This document shows positions 26,265 through 58,583 of a DNA stretch of 64,000 nt, piece after piece. A program made the position numbers and the translations under genes. Positions within the stretch are counted from its first letter, which is position 1; every line of letters starts with the position of its first letter. Source of the DNA: Dimorphilus gyrociliatus (lineage: Eukaryota; Animalia; Annelida); the NCBI GenBank assembly GCA_904063045.1, contig CAJFCJ010000006.1:930001-994000 (forward strand), read 5' to 3'. The notes below the pieces were generated by a model. That model saw only the letters and a list, made by a program, of their open reading frames with translations. It was not told the origin of the DNA and made no database searches.

Positions 26265-28590
26265 TTAGTTTTTGCGATTTGTTAAACAGGCTTGCAAACT
26301 GTTTAAGTAGGCTTCATGTAGTTTATCCAAAAATTCGCTGTCGTTCTGGATGGATATAAGTAAATATTTTTTAAGCACTTGATAATTATGTTCGTACGCT
26401 AAGTACCTTTATGAGGTGTAGTATTGCCTGCTGCATTTGATCCTTCGTCAGTGGAGATATGTGTGGCGGAACAGAAGCTATCAGAGGTGATGATGATGAA
26501 TTTACGCTATCGTTCATGTCCATCAGAAGGGATTTTTTAAAGGGAGACGTTGCTAGAATATCAGAATAAATTTCAATTCAAAAGCATGCAAATGTGCTAA
26601 AAACATTTTCTGCAATTTAAAATAAATTATATTTACACAGTGAAAACAATGTAATCCACGATAAAAGCGTTGATTAACAAAAGAAATTAACATAATAAAA
26701 ATAAACTATTACTTAGCATCGGAGAGACATTGTTTGGAGACATGCCAGTGTGTAGTGGAGTCAACAAATTTACAGGATGCTGGAAAAAATCTATTTTTCA
26801 ACAATATGCTTCAATTTTATTACTTGACTAACTTACTGGGGGTAAAACAGTTGATGGTAAACTAGACTGCTGCAATTGAGCAGGAGTAATGAACTTTTGT
26901 GCAACGCCTGATGGAGGTGTTGTACTATTACTATTCTCCATGTTCAATGAACGCCTTAACAAAAGGTTTTGTTGAGTAGATTCTTTAGAGTTAATCGATG
27001 GCTGATCGGATTTTGTATCTTGTAATAATAATTTTGCCGTTTTTCTTACATTTTCCTCTATTTCTCTAGTGTTTATTGACAAAAATTTATAATCATTTTA
27101 TTATTGGTATTTAAGACTTACTCGGTCGCATTCTGCTCTTTAGAGGCGTTTTGAAATAACGACTCAAGTGTAATCGATTTCGAATTACCGTCAGCGGCAG
27201 TAGGAATTAAATGTGTGCCGGAAGCTGTTGCAAAAAAAATTCTCAATATTTTTAATGGTTTCATTTGTTGATGATTCAACCTATATCATTCGATGCGGCT
27301 TTAACAGGTTTTGGTTTGGTTACCGGTGGAGTCGTTGATTCTATAGATACTGGAACATTATTTACAGCGGCAAAACTGTTACTGTTTTCTTTTTGACCCT
27401 ATAAAAATTGCATTATAGCATAAACTTGGTCATTCAAATCTTATAGCTAACTTTTACGTATTCAGATTGAGCTCTTGAGAGCATTTGCATAATATCTACG
27501 CCAGACGAAGGGTTGTTTCCGTCAATGTTCGTTTGGCTGGTTCGTACAGGTGTTGCCTGCATACTTTCACTATCAGATGCTCTTCTTTGTCTACCACCGC
27601 TAGGGACCTCTACAGCTTCTTGTGGCCTATTCATAATTTGAACTAGACTGTTCATTAATTGACCTATTCTAGCACATTCGTCTTTATCATAAAACCATAT
27701 TCCATAAATAGCTAAAACAAAACAAAAAAATAACAGTTATAGATAATTATAAAGCAAGAAAGTGTTTCTAACCTTTCGATGTTTTATACAACAAAAACGG
27801 ATCTTGCAACTGGAATTCAAGATTATTAGCAATTGGTTCCGTTTGATTTTCTGGACCATTTCGATTCAAAATTGTGAATGCATAGACTGGGGAAGCCGAT
27901 CTGAAAAAATGGAAATTTAGTCATTTTATTTTCTCTATAAACAAGTAGTAAAAATACGACAGACTAGTTTCTAGTATAATGAAAGTTTTCAAAGTAAAGG
28001 TCGGTCAGCTTAGAGAAACAAGCCGATGGTAAGTTTTGGCAGAAACAGGTGCGCTCTACTTATAATTTAGCTGTTCTGCCGTCATTCTTAAGTATAGCAT
28101 CATATCGTAGGTTGTTGGAAGGGAGAAAATATACTACTTTTACAGTTTATTCTGTAAGTATTATTTATTTTAGATAAATTTCTTATTGCGATCAAAATCA
28201 ATATGAACATTATCAAATAAAGCGCTAATGTAACAATCTTGCACAAAATCATCAAATTAACATCAGTAGGTTAAGTTGTTTTACTGCTACCTTGAATAGA
28301 CGAATAAAGTTCCGCCAATATCAGTTTTCTCCTGCAATGAAAATTCCATGAATAAATAATGGGGTCATCAAATAACGGAAAATTTGGTTGATAAGTAATC
28401 GATAATAAAGAGCTCAGCGAATAAAGGCGAAAACCGGGTATTTTAGTACAATTTTCTCATGTGTTGTACTAACCCATTCGTTATCTTTGGAATTAAAGGA
28501 GTAAAGGGCAACTTGACTGGCAGTATCAACTATTTGGACGATATAAGGATCCCTTTGGCGCAAGACGGTTAAATTCATTCCTTCAGCCAT
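26265..28590 (-). CDS. DCP1: mRNA-decapping enzyme subunit DCP1
   Basis: MNLTVLRQRDPYIVQIVDTASQVALYSF...EW|EKTDIGGTLFVYSR|SASPVYAFTILNR...LEFQLQDPFLLYK (EVH1-like), DIMQMLSRAQSEY, C-terminal trimerisation domain LTKDQMQQAILHLIK|NDSEFLDKLHEAYL; ATG 28590, stop 26265-26267. Confidence 0.95.
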
Positions 28591-29300
28591 ATTGATGGAG
28601 GGAAATTTTTCTGTTTTAACAGACCGATAACTTCTATATTATGGCTGACATGGCGGAACAGGAAGCCTGATAATGTCCTTAAGATTTAGTTTTAGAGCGG
28701 CCATTTTTGTTTTTCCAGAGACTGGGTCAGAAAGGAATACTTTTTCAACTTGTCCATTTTAAAGAAGATAAATTTTAGAAATATAAAAATTTTTTTTAAA
28801 AGTAATAGACAGAGAAAAAATATTACTCAGTTCTCAATTCTTTTGCGACAGGTTGAACAGTGTCGCCCTCTTTGAATTTTCCGCTCAGTTCAATTTTCGA
28901 ACAAATTTTAGATGAGAAGTGATAGTTGAAAAATTTAAGGTTTTTAAGGATAAATGTAACTTAACAAAAAACAAAAAGCAGTTTAAGAAAAGAGACGAGG
29001 TCTATGAAAAAGGAGCTCGACGAATGAACGCGAAGATGTAAATATTGATTAACAAGCCCCGGATGACTGTAAACCTCATCAGACCGGGCTTCAGCTCGGA
29101 ACCGTCACCATGACTGTGATGCGGATAAAACTCAGTGCTCGGCAAATTTCTAGAAAAGGGGATATAACAAACTGATTATGGCTACGCGTTTTGCAGGTAG
29201 AGCGTTTTTCGCCTGGAACACAAAAGTTAAAAATAGTAGGCGGACGTAGAACACGCGCGCTCACGCTATCCGTTTTTGTTTTTCCTCTAAATTGGATGTT

Positions 29301-46836
<17,536 letters not shown>

Positions 46837-47789
46837 ATGATTACGTCAAGTTTTCTTCGAGTGCCTTTATTCGGTGCTAGGTGGTGCTTGTTATCCACCC
46901 TCTTTCATGCATTGTCTAGTTATGAAATTATATTTTTTTTTAAAGTAACTTCTGTTTGTTTTCTCTTCTCTATCTCTCCTCAATTTACAATTTCACTGCG
47001 TATCTATCTGTCTATCTATCTATCTTATTTCTGTCTCTTTCCGTATCTCAATTGAAAGAAAAAATGAATGAAATATGATTTAAAACACCCTTTTTTAACC
47101 TTCCTTTTAAAAAATTTGAAAAATATAAAGAAAAGAAATGAATTCTGATTGATTTATGTTTCAGAGATACATACATTCATACTTATATATGTGTGTATGT
47201 ACTGATATGTATGCTTATATAATTAAATATATATATATATATATATATATAGTTATATATATATATATATATATATATATTCATAAATACATATGTTCAT
47301 TTTAATGAAAAAACTAATAAATAATGCCATTTTTTTCCTCGTTTTTTTTTGTCTGCAGCACGTGACTGGTGCCGTTTTGGGCATATATCGTCTTTTTTTT
47401 TTGGTGCTCATTGTCTATTAAGACATATTTATATGTATGGAAAAAAAAAACAAAGGAAAAAGTTATATAAATTATTTGTTAAAAAGATATTTGTGTAAAC
47501 AACCGCTTTTTGCCAAACAGTTCGTTTTTACGTGTTTTTATTCGAGCTGTGAATACAATATGGAGGAGTGTATTTATATAAATATATATACACTATATCT
47601 ATTTATAACATATATTTCTGTCCATCTCTTTTTATCTCTTTCCTGGTTATTCTTTGTTTTTTAATCTTTATCTTCGTATCGATAGAAATACTGCGGAGGA
47701 GGAGTAGGTGGAGGAGAAGGAAGAGGGGTGAGGTAGTGGTAGGAAAAAAATCGTTAAAAAGAAAAGATTTATGAAAGAGTAAAACTAAA

Positions 47790-48595
47790 CTAGCAATGGC
47801 ACGATCGTTTTGGCTTGGCCGCTACGCTATTTAATTGAATTCGACTATGTGAACGAGTAGACTTAGTAATATCACTTTCGCCACATCTAACCATAACGGC
47901 CTCTAACAGGAATTTCATCGATTCCTTAACCATTTGACCTTCCTTAACCGAAGTCTCTGTCCAACCGATAAAATCATGTTCTTTACAAAATTCTTCAATC
48001 TCTTCTTGATAAATTTGACGTTGACTAAGATCGCATTTATTCGCCAATAACAGGCAAGGAATGGAACTACCATCTTTTAGATTCGCACATTTATTCTCCA
48101 AATCATAAATCCAACGTCGTGCTCCTAGGAATGTGTCTCTTCTGGATAAATCGAACATAACTATACAAGCTTGGGCGTCTCGGTAATAGACTCTTGTCAA
48201 GTTACTGAAGCGTTCTTGGCCTAAAAAATCCCAGAGGGAAAATTATTAAACGAATTGTAAACGAAGAAGGAGAAAGAAAAACACTAACCGGCCACGTCCC
48301 ATAATTGAAGTTTAACCGCCGTATTTTCCGACCATTCGATCCTCTTTAAAGCAAAATCAACTCCAACCGTCCATTTATAATTAGATTGAAACGCATTTGT
48401 CACGAAACGTTGAATAAAACTTGTCTTTCCCACCGCTGCATCACCGACAATTATTATTTTAATAGTTAGTTCTTTAAAAGGACACTCTGAGTCGTTTTCT
48501 ATTGTTGTTCCATCGTCGAAAACCTCTGGAAAAGATTGCGATTTTTTACTATCAGGCGTTGGAATATCATTGCTATAAGCGTTTCGGGCTAACAT
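47790..48595 (-). CDS. RAB29: Rab GTPase of the Rab29(Rab7L1)/Rab32/38 group, closest to Rab29. Exons 48595-48289 and 48220-47790
   Basis: GDAAVGKTS, TVGVDFALK, LQLWDVAG|QERF, YYRDAQACIVMFD, PCLLLANKCDL and GWTETSVKE are Rab29-type rather than Rab32-type; C-terminal CHC prenylation motif; 68-nt intron. Confidence 0.85.
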
Positions 48596-48954
48596 GACAA
48601 CGAATCCGTCTGTTTCTCTAACACCGCCTGTTAGTTTATCACGGGGTCAGCGATTTCAATACCGACTGCCTGTAGATTCTCATTAAGCATTTACTCACCA
48701 TTTTTTAAATACTGATATCAACAAAATCGTACTTTTTACTATTCAAACGACCTATAAATATAGGCTTAACTGTTATTTTTTAAGCCTCTTTACTAACAGC
48801 CGCTAGCTTATCGTCAGGATGATCACGTGGTTTGATAAGATGTTAGTCAGTCTATATGTACATATATCTATCAGATCGCAGGTATAATATAAGTTTACCT
48901 GAGTGAAAATAGATTATTATAAATTTCTTAATTATATTGCCATCGGATTTTATT

Positions 48955-51900
48955 ATGAAACTAACGTTATTAACGTTAGTCTTTTTTTGTCTCTTTCTCC
49001 CAACTAGACAGGATGTAAACGTTTTTGGTAAGTTAAATAATTCTGTATTCAGATTTCTCCTTGATCTCATTTTCGCTACTCTTGACAAATATCCATTGAC
49101 CTATAGAATGCCCTACTGGTTGGGAGGAACATAAAGATCATTGCTATCGTTTTGTTAGAGACCCTGAGGAAACAGCTGAAGGGGTAAAAATAAAATGTCA
49201 GGAAGACGAAGCTTACGGTCTTAGTATAAACTCCGAAGAAGAGCATATTTTTGTAAGGGATACTCTTGAAAGAATAGATGCAGCTTCTAAGAAATTAGAC
49301 TGGTGGACATCGGGTAGAAGACTCCCATCCAATCGAACTAGAATGTTTTGGGAGGGAGACGGCACTATGATTGAATCTTTTGTCTATTGGCAAGATCCTT
49401 CCATCCCCGGTCAACTTGATAAGGATAGGATACTCTACAACTTCAATGGAATAAGCGGGAAATGGGGCTGGATACTTGGACAAGGCGGTGAGAAACGTCC
49501 ATTTATCTGCGAAATATCAAAAGAGGATATTTTTCGGATAAATAGCAATGATCGAGGTCCAGACTATGGAATAAATGAACCAGATCCAACTAAAATTAAA
49601 AGAGGACCAAAATTTATTACTCAACCAAGGAAAACGGTTTATGAAAATCCAAAAGGTAAAAATGAACAAGATGATGAAGGAGATATTTTATCGAATCCCG
49701 GCGGTATTGTCAAGGAGGAGAAAACCTTTTTAGATTGTGTAGCGGACAGTGTACCTCAACCGAAGTATACATGGCTTAAGCATTATGATGGTAAAACGAC
49801 AGTGATTGAACCATCGGATAAACACTATACCATAATTAACGGACGCCTCAATATAAACAAACCGGATGAGAAAAGAGATGTAGGTATATACCAGTGTATG
49901 GCTGGAAATCAGCATGGTATCATTCTTTCTAATACGGCCGAATTATCTTTTGGATGTAAGTGTTTCTTATTTTGTAAAAACATATCCTCTATTTTAATAT
50001 TTCATATTATCTCTTTATGAAAAAAAAAAGATCTTCACAACTTCCCAAAGAGTCCTCGTGCCAGAGTCGTAGCAAAGTCACATGACACTGCATCCATCTA
50101 CTGCGCGCCTCCAGATCATACAAAACGTAAGCAATTTATAATAATAACAATGGTTTTACAATTATTTAATTATATTTCTCTAATTTAACAACATCAGCGA
50201 TCTTATTTGCTTGGTACAAGAATAGTATATCAAATTTTGTCCGACCAAATTTGAAGCCTTACACCTTTATAAGCTACGATGGTCATTTGTATTTTAGCGA
50301 GGTTACAGTGGACGATAAGGGATCTTATTACTGTATGGTTTATAAGCCAGAGTTTTTAGCAAAGGGAAAAATATCTATGCCTAATCCTCTCCACATAGAG
50401 GAATCTAGCGCGGCCACATACGAACCTCTTATACTTGATAAATTTCCTAAAATATTTCCGTCATCGCCAAAAGTTGGGGATAAAGTTAGAATTGAATGTT
50501 TCGCCAAAGGTTCTGCTAGGCCAGGTCCTAAATTAAATTATTTCTGGAGGCGTTTGGAATCTTCTGTAGCGAAGGATGGTACTGTACAACTAAAGGCTGG
50601 AAAGAGAAAAGAATTACCTCTGCCGAAAAATTCATTCCTAGAAGATCACAATAGAGTTTTAACCTTTGAAAATGTTCAGTTATATGACGCTGGTGTTTAT
50701 GAATGTAAAGTTAGTCGACAAACTGGAAAAGAGGATTCCAGAACAAAAACTTTAAATGTTGTTTGTAAGTATCGCAATGGTCGTTTATTAAAATAATAAA
50801 CAAAATTTCATACTCTTCCACAGCTCCGCCCTTCTTTATAACACCAATTAAGGACAAATTCATAGATGCCAACGTGGACCTTCAATGGCGTTGCGTTGCT
50901 GGTGGAACAGGCGATATAGCTTATAAATGGCTTAAGAATGGACTTAACCTGGAATCCAGTAATAGAATTCAAATAAACAACAACGTCTTAAAAATAAAAA
51001 AAGTTGACGCGGAAAAGGATAATGGAATGTATCAGTGTCGAGCAACAAATACACAGGGAGTGAGATTTTCAACAGCAGAACTTAGAGTTTTGAGTTTCGC
51101 TCCAAATTTCCAAAAGTATCCTCTTAAGCCAAACTTGTTTGCAACTCTTAGAGGTAATGCAACTCTGATATGTAGACCAGAAGCCGCTCCATATCCTAAA
51201 CCAGATGACATTCAATGGTATAAGGGATCTAATCCACTTACGCCTGATGGAAGAATACAAAAATTACCAAATGGTAATCTGCTGATAACTGGTTTAACAA
51301 TGAATGATAGAGGATTCTACGAATGTAAAGTTAAAAATGATTTGGGTGAAGCGTCTACAAAGGGAAATTTAACAATATTGAGTAAGATTTTTAAGATATT
51401 TTTCATATATATATACAGTATATGCATATTATAAGCATATATAAACTTGTTAAACAGCCACAACATCAATTGTCAATCCCCCGATGGATGAAGTTGTTCA
51501 AATAAATAAAACCAGATTCTTTCATTGTATTGCATCTCATGCTACTCAGTTGGATGTAACTTATATATGGTACCAAGGACCTTATATGATTGAATTCGAA
51601 AGAATTTACAGACTTGGTGAAACCAATTTCCAAATATGGCGAAATCCCACATTTAAAAGGGTTTGTTATTAATTTATTAAATTAAATACAATATAAAGAT
51701 TATACAGACTATAAATTAGAATTTAATGTTTACAGGGAACAGGCTTTTATATGGGAGGATTATATATTATGAATGCAAAAGCTGAGAATCAAGGAAAATA
51801 TACCTGTCGGGTAGAAAGCAGCGCAGGGAATTTCGAAAGTAGCGCTTTTCTTAGAGTGATATCCCCCCCAAGTATGCCAGTATCACTGCAAATTATTGGA

Positions 51901-54054
51901 AGAGTAACTGCGTTTAAAGCAACTCTATCATGGAGAGAGGCATTAAATAACGGCGGAAGACCTGTTCATACATTTGTCCTTGAAGCTTTTAACGGTTGGG
52001 AAAAGTTTTGGAAGGTTATTAGAACAAGTTAGTATCATTTTAATAAGCTAATTTCATGGAGAATATTAAATTACACTTTTGTTATTTAAAGATATCCCTG
52101 CGGATAGAGTAGAAGATGTAAAATCAGCTGTAAATCTATACAATATAACTTTGAATGATTTGCGACCTTTCAGTAATTATTATTTCCGGGTAAGGGCTGA
52201 AAACAGCTTGGGAACTAGTGAACCGAGCATACCTTCCAAGATGATAGAAACTTTAGAAACTAAACCGGATCTGGCTCCAAAGCAAGTTGGAGGGGGTGGT
52301 GGTAAAGTTGGAACCCTACACGTTAGCTGGGAACCTTTAAAGCTTTGGGAGCACAATGGTAAAGGTTTATATTATATAGCCTACAGGAGAAAGAAAGGAG
52401 ATCAGGAATTTAAGGTTGATTTTATATATGATCGCAAAGGAAAAACGTCTTATCTCTTTTATTATATTATTCCATAGGCGAGTAAAAAGATAACTGATCC
52501 GGAAAAATCTTATTACACTTTCGAAGTTGGACAAAATAACTTTTACTTATTATACGAAGTTAGAGTGCAAGCTTGTAATAATCTGGGTTGTGGGCCGCTG
52601 TCCGAAATTGTTGAAATATACTCATCAATGAGCGGTAATTAATTATTTAATTAATTTTCAGTTGATGTATTTTGATGTATTTCTTATTGTTTTTTATTTC
52701 TTGTTAGTTCCTGTCATCACAGCAGAGGATGTAAGAGCTCAACCTTTCAACGCAACTGCTTGTATTGTACATTGGATTCCGGTTACCGATTCAAGAGAAA
52801 AATTAAAAGGAAAATTAGGAGGTTATAGAATCAGCTATTGGAAAGACAAAGGAGGTTCAAGAGAGGGAGCTCCACGAGTTACGGTTGACGGTCAGGCAGA
52901 TGAAGCGTTGGTAATTGGATTAGAACCAGATACTATGTATAAATTTGACGTAATGATCTGGAATGAGGCTGGGAATGGACCAAAGAGTCAGGAATTTCCT
53001 CAAAGAACGTTTAGAAATTCCCCAATTAACCAGCCAACTGAAGTGCAAGTGTTACAAATTGATTCAGGAACCATAGATGTCTTTTGGAGAGGAGTAAGTA
53101 CAGACCAAAGAGAAGAACCTTTGGATGGATATAAAGTAAGAATATGGAGGTCTGGTACTCATATAAAAGTGGCAGACGACTACGACGCTGGAAAAGAAAC
53201 GGAGATACGAATTCGGAATATGAATCCACACAATATATATAAATTAAGAGTATTCGGCTACTCTAGAGGTGGAGATGGAACAATGAGCTCACCGTCTATC
53301 AAATTTCATCTAGGTAGGTTCATTATACCTCATTTTACATATAGGACTCATCTTCTACGCCGGAGAGCGCATGTAGGCTTAAGTAAAAAAAATATTCTCT
53401 GCAAATATATCTAAACGCTGCTCTCGAATATAAACCTAGCAAGGTTACTTATTCCATTAATTATAGAGAAACATATGTTTTTAATAATTCTATGGATATT
53501 AATTAGCCTTTTCAAATATTCAATTGACATATATAAATAAATGCGAGATGATTATCACACTGACCCCTAATGACACAGTTTGTCGAAGATAGCTACTATT
53601 TTTCTCTCATATTATAATAATACAGACGATTCATACAGACTTATGAATAATCCCTAGCTTAGCTAATATAGCTATTAATTCGATCCAATATAGATTTACA
53701 ATAGACGCAATTTAGAAAGGCGTCTACCAGCTTCAAAATTCATTGCCATATGCTAATCCATTGTCATTTATCTATCAGGAAAATTTTAGTTTTCCAACTG
53801 ATTGACAATGATATTTATGATGTTTATTGCAATATTACTCTAATAAACCTGTAAATTGATTTTTTCGCCTCATCCTCTATTATGTAGATATACTTGTTTT
53901 CTACATAACGTCAGGATATTGTTTTAGCAATTAGATATATTGATTTTTAATAAATTATGCTTCTCTATTTAAAGGTTCTTCTTCCCAAGTTAAGCCGTCG
54001 TTGCTACTCCTTTGTTTGGCTCTTTTAACCATTATGTGTATAAGAAGTCGGTAA
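48955..54054 (+). CDS. Cont: Contactin, invertebrate type: signal peptide, C-type lectin domain, Ig domains, FN3 repeats, GPI signal
   Basis: MKLTLLTLVFFCLFL signal; ECPTGWEEHKDHCYRF...WWTSG...RPFICE lectin domain; Ig motifs (DVGIYQCMA, DAGVYECKV, DNGMYQCRA, DRGFYECKV, NQGKYTCRV); FN3 motifs (LRPFSNYYFRVRAEN, GLEPDTMYKFDV); terminal exon 53975-54054 GSSSQVKPSLLLLCLALLTIMCIRSR*. Confidence 0.93.
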
Positions 54055-54424
54055 CGTAAAGAAATTGAATAATTCTACAACAATTCTATTATATTTTTTC
54101 TATTATTGTTATCTTTTTTATCATAATATTTGTAAAATTATTAATAAATATATATTAAAAAACTATAGTAAGTTTGTAAGACTTCTTAAAGCGTACTCAC
54201 ATACATACATACATATTAAATTTCTCTCTCCCTCTCTCCCTCTCTCTCCTATAATACATCAGTGTTATAAGTGTAATATCGGTTTAAAATACAACTAACA
54301 CAAGTTGTCCTCTATTGATAAATTGAACGCATTGTCTCTGGCTGGTAACCACTTTAATGTCATATATATACAGTATATATATCCCCTGTCATTCACTTTC
54401 TACTAATTGCTTCTCTTTGTCAGC

Positions 54425-55321
54425 ATGAAATGCGCAACATTTTCCGCAATTCTGGTATTTATTACTATTCATTTTCAATGCTCGACAGGTACACATTTTT
54501 ATTATTCTATTCAAAAGAGCTAAAAGTTTTGTAACATCTCTTTTCATCTCCTTTCAATGCTTTAAATATCCTTCACTTAAAACAGAATTCACTAATATAT
54601 GGCAGTTACTTTTTCGCTATTAGTATAAATATATATATTAATATATATACTGTATATACTTTACAATATATATATATATATATATATTTATCAGGATAAA
54701 TAGCGTGCAATATAAAATATATAGTACGTTTTTCACTTTTCCCTATCTATCTTATTGATGATTAAAAGTTTTTAAAATTAAATTAAGAATAAGAAAAAAC
54801 AATAACAGCCCCAGAATGCTTTGAGTGTACTACCGAAGGAGCATTGAGAGGAGTAAAGTGGTGCTTTGATCAATTTAGTAGACCAGACGAGAAACAATTG
54901 ACTAATTGTAGAGGAAATACATGTCGTAAAGAAGTAATAAATGAGAATGGTATACTTTATATATTTTATTGAATATTAATGAACTATAATTAATTATATT
55001 GATAAATTTGAATTTTATCTTATTATAAGAAATTATAAGAAAATAAGTCACAAATGATAAATGTATTTATATTTTGTAATAATATAAACTTTATTGATAT
55101 TATTCCTAATTTAATTAATGTTTTTAAATGTATATTTAGGAAGAATTTCCGTAAGAAGGGATTGTACAACTGAACTCTTTGATAATGGCTGTAAAGAGGA
55201 AAAAGATGGAAAAGTAATAACTTGTTACTGCAGGGGAACCTATTGTAATTCTGCACCGATTACACTTTTTGTTCCTGCAAATTTTATTCTTAGTATGTTT
55301 TATTTTCACTGTTTAATATAA
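54425..55321 (+). CDS. Ly6/uPAR three-finger (quiver/sleepless-like) protein, probably GPI-anchored. Exons 54425-54488, 54809-54949, 55140-55321
   Basis: Signal-peptide exon; 10 Cys in LU spacing (ECFEC, WCFD, NCRGNTCRK, RDC, GC, TCYCRGTYCN); hydrophobic tail after CNSA; both introns phase 1. Mostly absent from the ORF track. Confidence 0.88.
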
Positions 55322-56786
55322 AAGATATTTAGCTAGTCACGATTTCCACTTTATGTCTCATTTCCGTTCTTTTGTAACATTATTATATAAAGTTGGTTTT
55401 GATAAGTATTTATATGCAAGAAGAAGAACAAAAACCTATATATACTCTATATACAGTATGTATAAATCATTTTTATTCTAAAATCTCTTTTAAATGTTAT
55501 ATGAAGAGTATTATTAATGATTAATAAATATTTAAATATTGTATATCGTTTTCTTGTTTCTTTTTCTTTCATAATTAAGAAAAACTAGTAAAGTTAAAGA
55601 TGAACATAAAATAAGAGTAATAAGCTATCGGAATACTTAATAGGTGTAATATTGCTGCTCTTTTTTTCTCAAGCTGTTGAGAGTTCCTTTTTCTGTTTTT
55701 TTGTCGTACAACAGTGTCATATCGCCTTACTTTATTATAACACTTATAAAATTCACCTGATCCTATTCTAGCTCCCTTAGGGTATCGAAATGTTAACTCA
55801 GAGATGTTTTATTCTTTATATCACTTGTTAGATTATTAGAATTATCATACGATTTCAAACACAATTTTCGATTATTCCTAATAATTCTTATATATATATT
55901 TAGTATTATTAAATCTTAAGATTTCATTTACAACATTAACTATATGCTAACACCGTTTCGAATACTATATAACTAATTACAACATTTAGTTAGCAAAACC
56001 TTGTCTACTATTACTTTTATACGTAAAATAATATTGACAAATTCCACCCCCTCTTCACCTCACCTTCTTCTTTTTAATACGTTTTCTACTTTCAATTTCA
56101 AAGTTTTTGTGATTTTTTTTACCCTCTTCCTTTTCACTAATTACCATGTCAATAATTATTTAACGTTTACATATTAAAGATTCAAGTGATTATTTAAATA
56201 AATGACATGTTCTCTAAAATGTTATTAATGATTATCTTTCTATTTTTAGCCTGGATTATAAGATTACTTTGGTTTGATAAAATACGATTTATAAAAAATA
56301 TAAGTAATATTTATACACACATATATATATATATATATACTTGTATATCCATCATAATATGAACTAGCCTAAGAGAGCTTTTTAACAGCAACGCCATCTG
56401 CTTAATTCTTTATATTTTTCTTCTTTTTTATCAAGAATATAAAGAATGGAATTAATTTTTTACATGCAAGCACCCTTCGATGTTATTTAATTAACGATAC
56501 AATTTCTAAGCTTCATTGATTTCCGGTTTATGTTTGAATTTAGTAGTAATAATACAGTAGACCTATTAAAAATGCTTTTGTTTCTTTCCGCAGAATTACC
56601 AATTAATAAAAAATATCACTCAAAGAATTTTTATAGCGTCAGTTTCTTAGGAACGGCGTCTTTACGTAAACTTTTATTAAATATAACGAACTCGTATTGA
56701 CAAGTTGAGTTTCGAAATAAGCTTGGTCATGGCTGAATACAATATGGCGATTTCCCATATATCGCTCAACGTAGGAAAACAAATTC

Positions 56787-58583
56787 ATGGCAAAAATAGG
56801 AAAATTAAATGACGACATAATAATGGAAGATTTCCAGAGCGACGATGAAAGTGAGAATCTACCGTTTCGGAGAAGAAAAATTCCTAATGAAAACCTTACT
56901 GATAGAATAATGAAACTTCAATATCAAAGACATAGAAAACATACTCATTTGGCGAAAACTCATAAACTATATCAATGTGTTTTTCCAAATTTAACAATTT
57001 CCGATGTTGATTATCCTCAGGTATATGGCAGAAAATTTAGCCCTGATGGACGACATCTTGTCAGTTTTTCAATGGATTTAAAAACTTTAGTCATTTATAA
57101 ATATAATGGAGCCGCATCAGCAGAGCATTTACTTACAAAAATCAAATCTGATGTTAATCTTATAAATCAAGAATCGTATTGTAATTATGAAAAGTTAAGA
57201 ATGGTTTTATTTAGTGCCTTTTTTACGAAGAAATTTGAAATAACTTTAGTAAAAGATAGGGGAGGTTTAAATAGGGAATGTTCAGTTTTCTCGACAGATT
57301 CTAGATATGTTATTGTTTGCCACCATTGTACTCATTCTCAGATGTATGCCACGCAATGTTTTCGGGAAAATTTCTATCAAAATAACGAAACTCTCGCTCC
57401 ATCCTCGAGAACTCCAGTAGGAGAATATAATTTCGAGGTTGTTGATTTATATACTGGTACAAAGACTTTCTCCCTCCAATTCGACAGTGAAAGAATACCA
57501 ATAGCTCATCAGCAAGGTAAGTTTATCCCTGATAAATAAAATTCTGTTCTTTAGTACATTTCTTTATTCTTTTAGGTATTTACCTCTATAGGAATAAATT
57601 AGGAATTATTTGCTTACAACATCAAAAAATCTTACTCTATCACTTTGAAAATGGAATTCTTACTGAATGTGATCAGATTGGAGTAGATACACCTATTGAA
57701 CACTCAAATTTAGAACCTTTTCAATCTCCATATTTTGGTACTACTAGACAGGCTATATTTACATTTTTAGCGGAAAGAGGAAAAATGGAAGCCGAAAATT
57801 CTAAAGATCCATTTGAAAATATGAAGATGTTAGGTACAAGTCAATGCTTGTCAAAGATGAAATTATGGAGATTTCAGTTTTTAGACGAAGATAAACTTTT
57901 TATTAAGTTTATTCACGAAGATGTCGTGTCTGCTAGGGTTGTTGATAACGTGATGAGGTTTGCCGTTTTTTCTGTGTATAGCATATCAGCGAGGAGGATA
58001 TTGTATATGTTTGATGGTGCTTCTTCCACACTATTAAAGGCCTTTGAAGAAAACTGTGATGACTTTAGAAATGCTGAACTGAACGGAAAAGAAGTCCTTT
58101 ACCCATCGTCAATGGCCTGTTGTATTGATTCCAGAATGAATTATTTAAGACAAAAAGCATCTACAGCAACAGATGAAAGAGAGTCTAACAAACGATATCT
58201 TGGACAAATACCAATGCCCTGTCAAAATTTTTCGTATTCTCCCTATTTGGACGCTAAATTATTTAGTTATGATGAACAATTTATATCGAATTTCGAGAGA
58301 CCAAAGCCCGTCTCATCAGCTCCATTAAAGTAAGTGATTTACTCTAGCGACTTTATTCTATTCTCATATCAATTGATTTTTTTTCTCTAGCTTCCTCTCT
58401 CGACCTTCTTTATTAAAGAAATTTCAGATTAAAACTGGTCCAGAACCCGATCAAAGTCCAGCTAATGAAAAAAAACTAGTCGCTTTCAACTTTCACCCGT
58501 TTGAACCTTTTGCTATGAGCCTACAAAGATGCGGTGTACATTTTGTATTAAATTTCCATATTAGGCATAATTCTGTTAAGTAA
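56787..58583 (+). CDS. DET1: DET1 homolog (CUL4-DDB1/COP1 partner). Exons approx. 56787-57515, 57576-58329, 58391-58583
   Basis: RRRKIPNENL, FPNLTISDV...GRKFSPDGRHLVSFS, LNRECSVFS, FLDEDKLFIKF, PYLDAKLFSYDEQFIS..ERPK, KLVAFNFHPFEPFAMSLQR. Confidence 0.9.
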
